Under the pieces are notes generated by a model, which saw only the letters and a program-made list of their open reading frames with translations, made no database searches and was not told where the DNA came from. A stretch of 64,000 nt of DNA from Gammaproteobacteria bacterium. Lineage in GTDB: Bacteria; Pseudomonadota; Gammaproteobacteria; CAJXQU01. Location: the NCBI GenBank assembly GCA_965238175.1, contig CBDEGZ010000003.1, positions 1,280,001 to 1,344,000 of the forward strand. The letters run 5' to 3'. The translations under genes were made by a program, and so were the position numbers. Positions 38,423-50,256 of this stretch are shown here, one piece after another. The first letter of the stretch is position 1. Each line of letters starts with the position of its first letter.

Positions 38423-41107
38423 ATGGCTCAGCCGGACAGTGCAGAATTAGAACATGAAACAGATTTAGATCCTCAGGAAACTCAAGAATGGGTAGAAGCA
38501 CTGGATGCGGTTCTTGAACAAGAAGGTGTAGGAAGGGCCCACTTTCTACTCGAAAAATTAATCGATAAAGCTCGTCGCTCCGGTGCCTACCTTCCTTATT
38601 CCGCAGAAACAGCTTACCTCAACACTATTCCACCCGACAAAGAAGAAAAATCTCCCGGCGATCCGGCAATTGAGTGGCGACTTAGATCACTAGTTCGTTG
38701 GAATGCGATGGCGATGGTGGTACAAGCAAATCGTAAAAATGGCGAGTTAGGTGGCCATATTGCAAGTTTTGCCTCAGCAGCAACCTTATATGATGTGGCT
38801 TTTAATCATTTTTTCCATGCACCAACAGAAGATCACGGTGGAGATCTAGCCTTTATCCAAGGGCATTCAGCACCTGGAATTTATGCTCGTTCATATCTTT
38901 ATGGGCGATTTACTGAAGAGCAGCTGCTCAATTTTAGACAAGATGTCGGCGGAAATGGCCTGACATCCTATCCACATCCATGGCTAATGCCGGACTACTG
39001 GCAATTCCCAACGGTATCGATGGGCCTTGGGCCAATAATGGCAATTTATCAAGCCCGATTCATGCGTTACATGCAGAATCGAGGGTTATGTGACAATGCA
39101 AAACGCAAGGTTTGGGCGTTTATGGGCGATGGTGAAATGGATGAGCCTGAATCCCGTGGTGCTATTGGATTAGCGGTACGAGAGAAACTAGATAATCTGA
39201 TTTTCGTGATCAATTGTAATTTACAACGACTTGATGGCCCGGTACGTGGTAATGGAAAAATCATCCAGGAATTAGAATCTGAATTCAGAGGTGCAGGCTG
39301 GAATGTAATAAAAGTGATCTGGGGCTCGTATTGGGATCAACTAATCGCACAAGACACATCCGGTATGTTACTCAAACGAATGGAAGAAGTCGTTGATGGT
39401 GAGTATCAGTCCTATGCGACACGTGGTGGCGCCTATGCGCGAGAACACTTTTTCGGTAAATACCCTGAAACGGCCGCATTGGTTGCGAGCATGACTGATG
39501 AGGATATTGACCGGCTTAATCGTGGCGGACATGATCCACACAAAGTATACGCTGCCTATGCCGCTGCGATGAAACACAAAGGTCAACCGACTCTTATTCT
39601 AGTTAAAACTGTTAAGGGATACGGCATGGGAGATTCTGGTGAAGGCATGAATATTACCCATCAGCAGAAAAAAATGGGTGAGGATTCTCTGAAAGAATTT
39701 CGCGATCGTTTTAATCTGCCTATCTCTGATGATGACATCAATGACATTCCATTTTTCAAACCACCCACAGACAGTCCAGAGATCAAATATCTAAATGAAC
39801 GTCGTGCAGCGTTGGGTGGTGATTTCTTCAAACCAAAAGTCAAAGCACCTGCTTTAACGATCCCCGAACTGGATGTTTTTGAAGTCTTACTCAAAGGCAG
39901 TGGCGAACGTGCTATGTCCACCACAATGGCTTTTGTACGTATATTAAACATCTTGATGAAAGATGAAAATATTGGTGAACGGATTGTGCCGATCATCGCA
40001 GATGAGGCACGCACCTTCGGTATGGAAGGTATGTTCCGACAATATGGGATTTACTCGTCCGTAGGCCAGCTTTATGAGCCTCAAGATCGCGATCAAGTAA
40101 TGTATTACCGTGAAGATATTAAAGGACAAGTAATCGAAGATGGCTTAAATGAAGCTGGTGCAATGTCTTCATGGATTGCGGCCGCAACCGCTTACCGTCA
40201 TCACAGTACTGCAATGATTCCGTTTTATACCTACTACTCCATGTTTGGCTTTCAACGTGTCGGAGACTTGATCTATGCCGCAGCTGACAGTCGAGCACGT
40301 GGTTTCTTAATGGGAGGGACTGCTGGACGAACAACCCTTGCTGGCGAAGGTTTACAACATCAAGATGGCCAAAGTCATCTGCAAGCTTCGATGATCCCTA
40401 ATTGTATTTCTTATGATCCCGCTTTTGCTTACGAACTGGCCATCATCATTAAAGATGGCTTAAAAAGAATGTACGTTGAGCAGGAAGATATCTTCTATTA
40501 CCTGACCATAATGAACGAAAATTATCAGCAGCCAGCCATGCCAGAGGGTGTCGAAGAAGGCGTTCTAAAAGGACTGTATTTATACAAAGAAAGTCACCGA
40601 GAAGAAGCCCGTTTAAGGGTACAACTTTTAGGTGCTGGAACTATTCTTAATGAAGTAATCGCCGCTGCAGAAATGTTAGAAAATGAATATGGCATTGCGG
40701 CCGATATCTGGAGTGCGACAAGTTTTACAGAACTTCGTCGAGAAGGTCTTGATTGTAAACGTTGGAACAGACTGCACCCTGAAGAAACACCGAGAATAAG
40801 TTATGTCGAACAATGTTTATCAGATCGCAAAGGACCTTTTATCGCCTCCACAGATTATATGAAGCTACAAGCCGATCAAATCAGGGAGTTCGTTCCAGGT
40901 TTTTATAATGTATTAGGAACCGATGGTTTTGGACGAAGCGATGATCGAAAACAGTTACGTAACTTCTTTGAAGTTGATCGCTATCATGTTGTGATTACGG
41001 CATTGGAAAGCTTGGCGCAAGAAGGATTCATTTCTGCTGAAAAAGTGACCGAAGCAATCAATAAATATGGTATTGATCAAAACAAACCTAACCCAGTGAC
41101 AGTATAA
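38423..41107 (+). CDS. aceE: Pyruvate dehydrogenase E1, homodimeric type
   Basis: DPQETQEW, GGHIASF, PTVSMGLG, GDGEMDEPES, GEGLQH. Confidence 0.98.
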   Translation: MAQPDSAELEHETDLDPQETQEWVEALDAVLEQEGVGRAHFLLEKLIDKARRSGAYLPYSAETAYLNTIPPDKEEKSPGDPAIEWRLRSLVRWNAMAMVVQANRKNGELGGHIASFASAATLYDVAFNHFFHAPTEDHGGDLAFIQGHSAPGIYARSYLYGRFTEEQLLNFRQDVGGNGLTSYPHPWLMPDYWQFPTVSMGLGPIMAIYQARFMRYMQNRGLCDNAKRKVWAFMGDGEMDEPESRGAIGLAVREKLDNLIFVINCNLQRLDGPVRGNGKIIQELESEFRGAGWNVIKVIWGSYWDQLIAQDTSGMLLKRMEEVVDGEYQSYATRGGAYAREHFFGKYPETAALVASMTDEDIDRLNRGGHDPHKVYAAYAAAMKHKGQPTLILVKTVKGYGMGDSGEGMNITHQQKKMGEDSLKEFRDRFNLPISDDDINDIPFFKPPTDSPEIKYLNERRAALGGDFFKPKVKAPALTIPELDVFEVLLKGSGERAMSTTMAFVRILNILMKDENIGERIVPIIADEARTFGMEGMFRQYGIYSSVGQLYEPQDRDQVMYYREDIKGQVIEDGLNEAGAMSSWIAAATAYRHHSTAMIPFYTYYSMFGFQRVGDLIYAAADSRARGFLMGGTAGRTTLAGEGLQHQDGQSHLQASMIPNCISYDPAFAYELAIIIKDGLKRMYVEQEDIFYYLTIMNENYQQPAMPEGVEEGVLKGLYLYKESHREEARLRVQLLGAGTILNEVIAAAEMLENEYGIAADIWSATSFTELRREGLDCKRWNRLHPEETPRISYVEQCLSDRKGPFIASTDYMKLQADQIREFVPGFYNVLGTDGFGRSDDRKQLRNFFEVDRYHVVITALESLAQEGFISAEKVTEAINKYGIDQNKPNPVTV

Positions 41108-41111
41108 AAAT

Positions 41112-42815
41112 ATGGCAAACACTCAAGATATTTTACTACCGGATATTGGTGATTTTGATGAAATCGATGTGATCGAGATCATGGTTAAGCTTGGAGATAG
41201 CGTCAATAAAGAAGATCCACTCATTACGCTTGAAAGTGATAAAGCCACGATGGAAATTCCTTCGCCAGAAGAAGGTATCGTTGAAAGTATCAATGTAAAT
41301 GTCGGCGATAAAATAAAACAAGGAGATCTGATTTTATCGTTAGGAAAAGCTGATCAAGGAAACCAGGCTAAAGCTCCCGATCAATCCATGATTGAAAAAA
41401 CTGTGGCAGAAGAATCTGGCGTAGCGACGATAGATCTTGAAGAATACAAAGTAGAGCTAGAACCAGAGCCCAAACCTGAACAGACCGAACAGCAAGAAAC
41501 GTCAAGCCAAGTCATTGAGATTGAATTGCCCGACATTGGTGATTTTGATAGTGTCGATGTGATCGAAATACTGGTGAATCCTGGTGATGAAATTGATGCT
41601 GAAGATCCTATCGTGACCTTGGAAAGCGATAAGGCGAGCATGGAAATACCTTCATCTCATGCTGGTCAGATAAAAGAAATCAAAGTTCAAGTTGGCGAAA
41701 AAATTTCGCAAGGTGCTGTACTATTATTATTGGAAAGTCGAACAGGTGTAAATACAGGAAATGTAGAAAAAATTTCTACCGCTGAAAGCTCAACTACAGA
41801 TCAAGCATCCGTAACGGAACAAATAAATGAAGTTGAGATTCCAATGCTTGAAATCACTCAACAAATGCCAGCACCGAAAATTCCTAAAACAGCAGAAACA
41901 GTTGGGAGCAGCCGTTCATCAAAAGCCTTAGCAAGTCCTTCGGTACGTAAACTTGCTCGTGAATTGGGTGTTGATCTGGGCCTGGTATCAGGCAGTGGCC
42001 CGCGTAAAAGAATTCTAAAGGGAGATGTAAAAAAATATACCAAATCAGTCATCAAAGGACGATCAAAAAATTCCGAATTTTCTTTACCTGAAATTCCTGC
42101 TGTTGATTTTTCAAAATTTGGTGAGATAGAACTTTCGCCTTTATCGAAGATCAAAAAGTTGACCGGCAAGCATATGCAGCGCACCTGGTTGACGGTTCCA
42201 CAAGTTACACATTTTGAAGAAGCAGACATCACCGATCTTGAAGAATTTCGCCAACTAAAAAAATTAGAAGCAAAAGAAAAAGGCACCAACCTGACATTGA
42301 TCACATTCCTGGTGAAAGCAGCAGTGGTTGCATTGAAAAAATATCCAAATTTTAATTCATCATTAGCTTCTGATAGTGAAGCATTAGTGATGAAAAATTA
42401 TTTTCATATCGGAATTGCTGTTAATACCGACAATGGTCTGGTTGTTCCTGTGCTCCGTAATGCCGACCAAAAAGGATTATTTGATATTGCACTTGAAATT
42501 ACTGCGCTCAGTGAAAAAGCCAGAAAAGGCATTCTCTCACCATCAGAAATGCAAGGTGGTTGTTTTACCATCTCCAGTCTTGGTGGTATTGGTGGCATTG
42601 GTTTTACACCGATTGTAAACGCACCTGAAGTTGCCATACTTGGCGTATCAAAATCCGATCTAAAACCTGTTTATGAAAATGATCAATTTGTACCAAGATT
42701 AATTTTACCTTTTTCTGTTAGTTACGATCATCGTGTTATTGATGGCGTTGCTGCGGCACAATTCTCAGCTTTTATCAGAGAAATATTATCTGACATCCGT
42801 CAAATATTATTATAG
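41112..42815 (+). CDS. aceF: Dihydrolipoamide acetyltransferase E2 with two lipoyl domains
   Basis: [38 protein letters not shown]. Confidence 0.96.
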   Translation: MANTQDILLPDIGDFDEIDVIEIMVKLGDSVNKEDPLITLESDKATMEIPSPEEGIVESINVNVGDKIKQGDLILSLGKADQGNQAKAPDQSMIEKTVAEESGVATIDLEEYKVELEPEPKPEQTEQQETSSQVIEIELPDIGDFDSVDVIEILVNPGDEIDAEDPIVTLESDKASMEIPSSHAGQIKEIKVQVGEKISQGAVLLLLESRTGVNTGNVEKISTAESSTTDQASVTEQINEVEIPMLEITQQMPAPKIPKTAETVGSSRSSKALASPSVRKLARELGVDLGLVSGSGPRKRILKGDVKKYTKSVIKGRSKNSEFSLPEIPAVDFSKFGEIELSPLSKIKKLTGKHMQRTWLTVPQVTHFEEADITDLEEFRQLKKLEAKEKGTNLTLITFLVKAAVVALKKYPNFNSSLASDSEALVMKNYFHIGIAVNTDNGLVVPVLRNADQKGLFDIALEITALSEKARKGILSPSEMQGGCFTISSLGGIGGIGFTPIVNAPEVAILGVSKSDLKPVYENDQFVPRLILPFSVSYDHRVIDGVAAAQFSAFIREILSDIRQILL

Positions 42816-42825
42816 GAGAAATATT

Positions 42826-44121
42826 TTGACCGACAATAACATTCCATTACAAGGCAATAAAATTACCATTACTAATGGCATATTAAATGTCCCTGATGAT
42901 CCCATCATTCCTTATATTGAAGGTGATGGTATCGGCCCGGATGTCTGGCAAGCTTCTGTTCGCGTAATGGATGCTGCTGTTAAAAAATCTTATGGAGATA
43001 AACGTAAGATACATTGGATGGAAGTGTTGGCGGGCGAAAAGGCCAATTTACAAACGGGCAGTTGGTTGCCAGAAGAAACGTTGGATGCCTGCCGAGAATA
43101 CCTCGTTGCGATCAAAGGCCCACTGACAACTCCGATTGGTGGCGGTATCAGATCACTTAATGTTGCCTTACGACAAATATTAGATCTATACGTTTGTTTA
43201 CGCCCCGTGCGTTGGTATAAAGGTGTGCCCTCACCTGTGAAGCATCCAGAATTAATCGATATGGTTATTTTCCGTGAGAATACCGAAGATATTTATGCCG
43301 GAATTGAATTCGAATATGGATCGGAAGATAACAAGAAATTTTTAGATATTCTGAAAAATGAATTTCCAAATTATTTTCAAAAGATCCGTTTTCCAGAGTC
43401 TTCAGGAATAGGTATAAAACCTATTTCACGCGATGGTACACAACGTTTAATTCGAGCGGCGATCAAATATGCTATCGACAATAATCGCAAAAGTATGACC
43501 ATTGTTCATAAAGGTAATATCATGAAATTTACCGAAGGTGCTTTCAGAAATTGGGGCTATGAATTAGCTGAAAGTGACTTTGCTGATCAGACCTATACCT
43601 GGGATCAGTGGGAACGAACAAAAGTAGAAAAAGGTGGCCAAGCAGCAAACGATGAACAAGAAGCTGCACTCAATGCTGGCAAAGTTCTTGTTAAAGATGC
43701 AATTGCTGATATCACTTTACAACAAGTTCTTACTCGACCGACTGACTTCGATGTTATCGCAACCATGAATCTTAATGGTGACTATCTTTCCGATGCACTC
43801 GCTGCACAAGTTGGTGGTATTGGGATTGCTCCCGGTGGAAATATCAACTATGACACTGGACATGCAATTTTTGAAGCTACACACGGAACTGCCCCGAAAT
43901 ATGCTGGGCAAGACAAAGTGAATCCAGGTTCGTTGTTACTCTCTGGTGAAATGATGTTGCGCTATTTAGGTTGGACAGAAGCTGCGGATTTGATCATTAA
44001 AGCAATGGATAAAACCATTGCCGATAGAACTGTAACCTATGATTTTGCACGTCAAATGGAGAATGCGACAGAAATTAAATGCAGTGAGTTTGCCGATGCA
44101 TTAATAAATAATTTAAGTTGA
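42826..44121 (+). CDS. icd: NADP-dependent isocitrate dehydrogenase
   Basis: [44 protein letters not shown]; TTG start at 42826 behind AGGAG. Confidence 0.96.
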   Translation: MTDNNIPLQGNKITITNGILNVPDDPIIPYIEGDGIGPDVWQASVRVMDAAVKKSYGDKRKIHWMEVLAGEKANLQTGSWLPEETLDACREYLVAIKGPLTTPIGGGIRSLNVALRQILDLYVCLRPVRWYKGVPSPVKHPELIDMVIFRENTEDIYAGIEFEYGSEDNKKFLDILKNEFPNYFQKIRFPESSGIGIKPISRDGTQRLIRAAIKYAIDNNRKSMTIVHKGNIMKFTEGAFRNWGYELAESDFADQTYTWDQWERTKVEKGGQAANDEQEAALNAGKVLVKDAIADITLQQVLTRPTDFDVIATMNLNGDYLSDALAAQVGGIGIAPGGNINYDTGHAIFEATHGTAPKYAGQDKVNPGSLLLSGEMMLRYLGWTEAADLIIKAMDKTIADRTVTYDFARQMENATEIKCSEFADALINNLS

Positions 44122-44154
44122 GAATAATCAAAGTTTATATATTTAATTAAGAAC

Positions 44155-45885
44155 ATGGATAAAGAACATATCATTTCTGAATGTTCACAAACTATCTACG
44201 ATGGCTTTCAGCGCTACAATAAAAATTTTCATCGCATAACAGATCGTGCACATATCCGGTTTAAGCAAAGAGACTGGAAAGGACATCAACAAGACATTGT
44301 TGATCGGATTGAGCTTTATGAAAAATCAGCATCACGTATTGCAAGTGTTGTAAAAAAATTACTCGATCAAGAATCAGAAAATTATGAACTTTGGTACGAG
44401 ATAAGATCTTGCCTTGGCAAGCGTATTGAGAATATTCCTGATTCGGCTTTTATAAAAACATTTTTTAATTCAATTACACGTCGTGTTTTTGGAACCATCG
44501 GTTATGATCCAAATGTCGAATTTGTTTTTTCGAGCATGGATGATACATCTGATCGTGTCGCATCACTCAATTTAAAAAGATACCCTTATTGGAACTCACT
44601 AGAAACAATATTTAGTGATGTCCTGGAAGATATCAGTTTTGAAATTCCGTATGCGAATAAAAGCACAAGTATAAAAACCATTTCAGAAAAAGTGATGAAC
44701 TTTTGTAAACGTCATCTAGGTAAAGACGATGAATATGTTCGATTTGAATTCATAGAATCACTTTTCTACCAATCAGCAAGAGCTTACTTAGTCGGCAGAA
44801 TCATAAAGCTTAAAAGCATCGTTCCACTCGTTATAGCATTTAAAAATACCGATGATGGAATTAATATCGATGCAGTTCTTTTGAGCGAAGAAGAGGTTAG
44901 TGTCGTTTTTGGATATACTCGGTCATATTATTTTGCTGATCCCAATTCTGTAGAAGCTGCTGTTCATTTCTTACACTCAATCCTACCGAACAAACCTGTC
45001 GATGAGTTATTTACAGTCTTGGGACGAGTACGACAGGGGAAAACTGAACGCTATAGAAACTTCACAAAACATTTGGAAAAAACAGATGATCTGTTTGATC
45101 ATGCTGATGGTGATAAAGGTTTAGTCATGATTGTTTTTGACCTACCGTCTTATAATTTGGTTTTTAAGATCATTCGAGATCGTTTTGGTTATCCAAAAAC
45201 TATTTCTCGCCAGGGAGTTATTGATAAATATCAACTGGTCTCAAAGCATGATCGTGCCGGCAGACTAATAGACACGCAGTCCTTCTTTAATATTGAGTTT
45301 CCGGCCGATCGGTTTTCAAAAATATTATTAGATGATCTTCTGGAAAATGCAAGGCAAACGGTTTTTCTTAAAAATAATAAAGTTGTTTTTAAGCATGTTT
45401 ATGTTGAGCGATATGTACGACCGCTCAATCTATTTATAAAGGAAGTCAGTAAAGGGGAAGCCGAGTTAGCAATCCTCGATTATGGCCAAGCCTTAAAAGA
45501 TTTAGCTCAAACGAATATATTTCCTGGTGATCTATTGTTGAAAAATTTTGGTGTCACTCAACACAACCGAGTGGTTTTTTATGATTACGATGAAGTCGCT
45601 TTGATTACAGAATGTAATTTTAGAGCGATCCCAGAAACAAATGATCCTGATGATGAAATGCGTGCATCGATCTGGTATCACGTCAACGAAAATGATATTT
45701 TCCCAGAAGAACATTTGAAATTTTTAGCCATGAATAAAGATCTTCAATCCTTGTTTATTGAAGCACATGAAGATTTACTCACTGTAGATTATTGGCATGA
45801 TATAAAAGCCCGACATCTTGCTGGCGAAATGTCGGCGGTTATTCCTTACTTTCGTCCAACAGTACCGCGCATAAAATCAATTTAA
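44155..45885 (+). CDS. aceK: Isocitrate dehydrogenase kinase/phosphatase
   Basis: TFFNSITRR, GKTERYR, G.VM.VF, HDRAGR, NIFPGDLLLKNFGVT, VFYDYDE. Confidence 0.95.
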   Translation: MDKEHIISECSQTIYDGFQRYNKNFHRITDRAHIRFKQRDWKGHQQDIVDRIELYEKSASRIASVVKKLLDQESENYELWYEIRSCLGKRIENIPDSAFIKTFFNSITRRVFGTIGYDPNVEFVFSSMDDTSDRVASLNLKRYPYWNSLETIFSDVLEDISFEIPYANKSTSIKTISEKVMNFCKRHLGKDDEYVRFEFIESLFYQSARAYLVGRIIKLKSIVPLVIAFKNTDDGINIDAVLLSEEEVSVVFGYTRSYYFADPNSVEAAVHFLHSILPNKPVDELFTVLGRVRQGKTERYRNFTKHLEKTDDLFDHADGDKGLVMIVFDLPSYNLVFKIIRDRFGYPKTISRQGVIDKYQLVSKHDRAGRLIDTQSFFNIEFPADRFSKILLDDLLENARQTVFLKNNKVVFKHVYVERYVRPLNLFIKEVSKGEAELAILDYGQALKDLAQTNIFPGDLLLKNFGVTQHNRVVFYDYDEVALITECNFRAIPETNDPDDEMRASIWYHVNENDIFPEEHLKFLAMNKDLQSLFIEAHEDLLTVDYWHDIKARHLAGEMSAVIPYFRPTVPRIKSI

Positions 45886-45894
45886 GGAACTAAA

Positions 45895-46257
45895 ATGGAA
45901 CATGTTGCCATACTAGGGGCGAGTAATAATCCGACTCGTTACGCCTATAAAGCCCAAGTCTTGTTAACTGAAAATGGGCATACCGTCTATCCCGTCTCGC
46001 TTAAAGAGAAAGAAATTCTCGGTATCGAGAGTGTGACTTCATTAAGCGATATCAAACATGATGTTGACACAATTACTGTTTATATAAATCCAGAGAATCT
46101 TCATATGGTAATTAAGGATATTCTTGAAATCAAACCCAAAAGAGTTATTTTCAACCCTGGCTCGGAATCACCAAAAGAGTTGGAAACATTAGAGCAAGCT
46201 GGCATCCATATTGAATCTGCCTGCACACTCGTTTTATTAAAGACAAATCAGTATTAA
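45895..46257 (+). CDS. CoA-binding protein (YccU-like)
   Basis: ILGAS..P.RYAY, VIFNPGSE, ACTLVLL. Confidence 0.88.
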   Translation: MEHVAILGASNNPTRYAYKAQVLLTENGHTVYPVSLKEKEILGIESVTSLSDIKHDVDTITVYINPENLHMVIKDILEIKPKRVIFNPGSESPKELETLEQAGIHIESACTLVLLKTNQY

Positions 46258-46322
46258 TTACTTCGTCATAGATAATCACGAAGTGTATTATAGTCATCAC
46301 TCGTTTTCTAAAGGAAAAACTA

Positions 46323-48974
46323 ATGGATCGCACTCTTTTATCACCACAAACAATTTATCTTAAAGACTACCAACCTGCTTTATTTTTGATCAAAACAGTT
46401 GCTCTCACCTTTAAACTTGAAGAAGAAAAAACATGCGTATTATCAAAACTCGAACTCACGCGTAATACGGATTATATCAGTGACAATAACGCACCTTTAG
46501 TTCTTGATGGTGAAAAACTGAAGCTGATCGAAATTAAGCTTGATGGCATGGTTTTAGGGAATGATCAATTTTCCGTCGATGACATTTCATTGACGATAGA
46601 AAATCTACCCGATCAATTTACACTTGAAATTGAAACTGAAATTGATCCAGTCAATAACACCTCATTAGAGGGCTTGTATCAATCAAGTGGCAATTTTTGC
46701 ACGCAGTGTGAAGCAGAAGGTTTCCGTAAAATCACCTATTACCTTGATCGTCCTGACGTGATGGCAAAATTTACAACAACCATTGAAGCTGACAAACAAA
46801 AATATCCCGTAATGTTATCGAATGGCAACTTGATCGAAAAAGGGGATTTGGACGATGGTAGGCATTGGGTTCGCTGGCAAGATCCTTTTATCAAACCTTG
46901 TTATCTTTTTGCATTAGTTGCAGGTGATCTTGCTTTAACCAAAGACAGTTATACAACAATATCAAATCGTAAAGTCGCATTGGAAGTTTATACCGAACAT
47001 CACAATGCCGATAAAACCAGCCATGCTATGGAATCATTAAAGAAAGCGATGAAATGGGATGAGGATACTTTTGGACTTGAATACGATCTGGATATTTATA
47101 TGATCGTAGCAGTTGATGATTTCAACATGGGCGCTATGGAAAATAAAGGTCTGAATATTTTCAACACCAAATACGTTCTTGCTTCACCCGAATCAGCTAC
47201 AGACGGAGATTACATTGGAATAGAAGCGGTTATTGGTCATGAATATTTTCATAACTGGACAGGGAACCGAATTACTTGTCGCGATTGGTTTCAACTTAGC
47301 TTAAAAGAAGGTTTAACTGTTTTTCGAGATGAATCATTTACTGCAGATTTAAATTCACCAGCAGTAAAACGTATTGATGATGTTCGTGTTCTTCGTGCAC
47401 ACCAATTCCCAGAAGATGCGGGGCCAATGTCACACCCGATCAGACCGCAATCTTATATGGAGATCAATAATTTCTACACAATGACGGTTTATAACAAGGG
47501 TGCCGAAGTTGTACGCATGTATCAAACATTATTCGGTAAAGAGGGCTTCAGAAAGGGGATGGATCTTTATTTTGAACGACATGATGGACAAGCGGTGACT
47601 ACCGATGATTTCCGAAGTGCTATGTTCGACGCTAATGTCCAAAGCCATAATGATAATCAAAATGCGAAAAATATTGATCTTTCTGTTTTTCAAAATTGGT
47701 ATGACCAAGCTGGTACACCTGATTTATTCGTCACCGAGCATTGGGATGAAGTCACTGGAAAATACTCACTGAATTTTCGTCAAGAATGTGCAGCAACACC
47801 AGAACAAGAAACCAAACTTCCTTTTTTGATCCCAGTACGAACAGAACTTCTTGATCAAAAAGGCCAGGTAATGGTCAAAGAAACTGTTTTAACACTCACA
47901 GAAAGAGGGCGGAAATTTGAATTTGAAGGTTTATCTCAGCGACCTATTCCATCCTTACTACGCGGTTTTTCTGCACCGGTAAATCTACATTTTGATTACG
48001 ATAATGATCAGCTTGCTTTCCTGATGGCAAATGAAACTGATCAATTTAATCGTTGGGAAGCAGGTCAAAATTTAGCCATGCGCGTTTTGCTGGACTTAGT
48101 AGAAAAGGTAAAACAAGATCAAACCTTATCGATAGATAATAGTTTTGTTAATGCATTTCAAAAAACCTTAACTAGTGACAATGATCCTGCGCTAATTGCA
48201 GAAGCGATGACACTGCCATCACAAGGAGATATCGCACAACAAATGGACGTTGTTGATCCAGAAGCAATCTATCAAGCTCGAAAATTTGTTCTACAAACAC
48301 TAGCGAAAAATCTCAAAATCGATCTAGAAGAAGTTTATGAAAAAAATCGTAGCACGGGCGATTTCAAAATTGATCCTATCAGTATGGCAAAACGCAGATT
48401 GCAAAATTGCACACTACATTATTTGACAACCTTAGAGTCGCAAGAATCTCGTCAATTAGCTATTACACAGTTTACAAATGCAGAAAATATGACAGATAAC
48501 CTCAGTGCGTTACGAACATTGATTAACCATGAGTCAAAAGAAAAAAAACAAGCCCTTTCACAATTTTACGATCGGTGGAAAGACGATTCTTTAGTCTTAA
48601 ACAGCTGGTTTAGCATTCAAGCCACGAGTAGCCAACTCAACACATTGCAGATTGTTGAGGAGCTTTTGCAACACCCACTATTTAGCATGAAAAATCCCAA
48701 TAAGATTCGCGCCTTAATCGGTGCTTTCGCTCAGGGAAATCAACGTTGTTTTCACAAAGAAGATGGATCAGGTTATCGATTTTTAGCCGATCAAATTATT
48801 AAACTTGATCCAATGAATCCACAAGTCGCTTCCAGACTAGTAAGAGTTTTTACACGTTGGAAACGATTTGATGAAAATCGAAAATCTCTAATGAAGAAAG
48901 AACTGGAAAGGATCAAACAACAAGCTGATTTATCGAAAGATGTCTTTGAAATTGTTGATAAGAGTTTGGGGTAG
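46323..48974 (+). CDS. pepN: Aminopeptidase N
   Basis: TQCEAEGFR, GAMENKG, HEYFHNW. Confidence 0.98.
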   Translation: MDRTLLSPQTIYLKDYQPALFLIKTVALTFKLEEEKTCVLSKLELTRNTDYISDNNAPLVLDGEKLKLIEIKLDGMVLGNDQFSVDDISLTIENLPDQFTLEIETEIDPVNNTSLEGLYQSSGNFCTQCEAEGFRKITYYLDRPDVMAKFTTTIEADKQKYPVMLSNGNLIEKGDLDDGRHWVRWQDPFIKPCYLFALVAGDLALTKDSYTTISNRKVALEVYTEHHNADKTSHAMESLKKAMKWDEDTFGLEYDLDIYMIVAVDDFNMGAMENKGLNIFNTKYVLASPESATDGDYIGIEAVIGHEYFHNWTGNRITCRDWFQLSLKEGLTVFRDESFTADLNSPAVKRIDDVRVLRAHQFPEDAGPMSHPIRPQSYMEINNFYTMTVYNKGAEVVRMYQTLFGKEGFRKGMDLYFERHDGQAVTTDDFRSAMFDANVQSHNDNQNAKNIDLSVFQNWYDQAGTPDLFVTEHWDEVTGKYSLNFRQECAATPEQETKLPFLIPVRTELLDQKGQVMVKETVLTLTERGRKFEFEGLSQRPIPSLLRGFSAPVNLHFDYDNDQLAFLMANETDQFNRWEAGQNLAMRVLLDLVEKVKQDQTLSIDNSFVNAFQKTLTSDNDPALIAEAMTLPSQGDIAQQMDVVDPEAIYQARKFVLQTLAKNLKIDLEEVYEKNRSTGDFKIDPISMAKRRLQNCTLHYLTTLESQESRQLAITQFTNAENMTDNLSALRTLINHESKEKKQALSQFYDRWKDDSLVLNSWFSIQATSSQLNTLQIVEELLQHPLFSMKNPNKIRALIGAFAQGNQRCFHKEDGSGYRFLADQIIKLDPMNPQVASRLVRVFTRWKRFDENRKSLMKKELERIKQQADLSKDVFEIVDKSLG

Positions 48975-49023
48975 ATGAACATAATAAACATTTAGAGTCC
49001 GACCACATTTAATTTTTAGAAAT

Positions 49024-49209
49024 ATGAAAAGTGTAAATATTATTCATCTATTGAAGTTATTAGGATTACTATTATTTGCTATCCCAGGTGCGATTATTGG
49101 TTATAAGTTTGCCCCAGATGCACCTACATACCCAACTCTCCCATCAGAAGATGAGAGGGCATTAATATTTTATATAAATGTGTGGTTGGTTTTACAGTAT
49201 CATTTGTAA
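49024..49209 (+). CDS. Small hypothetical membrane protein or gene fragment
   Basis: 61-aa ORF with a hydrophobic segment, just before the IS4 end. Confidence 0.3.
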   Translation: MKSVNIIHLLKLLGLLLFAIPGAIIGYKFAPDAPTYPTLPSEDERALIFYINVWLVLQYHL

Positions 49210-49243
49210 CAGTTGCGGCAAATTATTTCTTTAAATTGCCAGT

Positions 49244-49881
49244 CATTGCTGTCCCGTTAAGAACGAATAAAGTAGGCCTGAACTCCGTCTAATTTGTTAC
49301 AATGAAATCACGACAAGTCATTGAAAAACATAAGGAGAACAGGCCATGGCCGATTGTAATACTATCTTCTCACAAATACTAAAAATGATACCGAGACATG
49401 AGTTTGAGCCCTTGGCAAATCAGCATCACCGTGGTCGTTCGTTTCGAACAGCTTCACGTTGGTCTCAGTTTGTGACACTGGCAATGGCACAATTGTCGGT
49501 TCGAAACAGCTTGCGAGATATTGTCGAGAACCTGTCAGCTCAAGCGCATCGTCTGTATCATTTGGGTAGTGTAAAATTATCTCGCTCCAATTTGTCCCGT
49601 ATCAATGAAGATAAACCTTACACACTTTATGAGGCCTTGTTTGGTAAATTGTTAGCACGTTGTCAGGGGTTAACGCCAGGACAATCTTTCCGTTTTAAAA
49701 ACACATTGTATTCATTGGATGCCTCTACGATTGACCTGTGTTTATCCGTTTTCCCGTGGGCTGACTTTCGTACAACGAAAGGCGCGATAAAGCTGCATGT
49801 TGAATTGAACCATTCAGGTTATTTACCCGAGTTTGTCCCGGTAACGGAAGGGAAAACACATGACGTGACGGTGGGTCGCAC
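49244..49881 (+). mobile_element. IS4-family element (DUF4372 plus DDE start), truncated by IS3
   Basis: IR-like CATTGCTGTCCCGTTAA at 49244; ORF from 49346 with WSQF..., SLRDI, LDASTIDL, KGAIKLH, cut at 49881. Confidence 0.88.
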
Positions 49882-49944
49882 TGAACCTGCTACATTTTAA
49901 CGGATACATTAAATAGGCGACAATATGCCTTTAGGAGTATCCAA

Positions 49945-50256
49945 ATGACCAGCAACAGAAAACCATACAAAACCTATACCCGAGAATTCAAACTAGAAGC
50001 GTTACGCTTGATGGAGCAATCAGATAAACCGTCATCTGAGATTGCCGCTGAACTTGGTATACGGCGTAATCAGCTCTATAAATGGAAAGAACAACTGACC
50101 GACAAAGGTGATACTGCATTCCCAGAACAACGTGGAAGGCCTAAGAAAGAAGCACAAAGTGAACTCACCACCTTACGCCAAGATAATGCACGGCTGAAGG
50201 AGGAAGTTGAGATATTAAAAAAGGCCGCGGTGTACTTTGCAGGCGAACTCAAGTGA
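49945..50256 (+). CDS. IS3 transposase OrfA
   Basis: YTREFKLEA HTH; slippery A-AAA-AAG at 50217-50223, where a -1 shift enters the orfB frame. Confidence 0.92.
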   Translation: MTSNRKPYKTYTREFKLEALRLMEQSDKPSSEIAAELGIRRNQLYKWKEQLTDKGDTAFPEQRGRPKKEAQSELTTLRQDNARLKEEVEILKKAAVYFAGELK

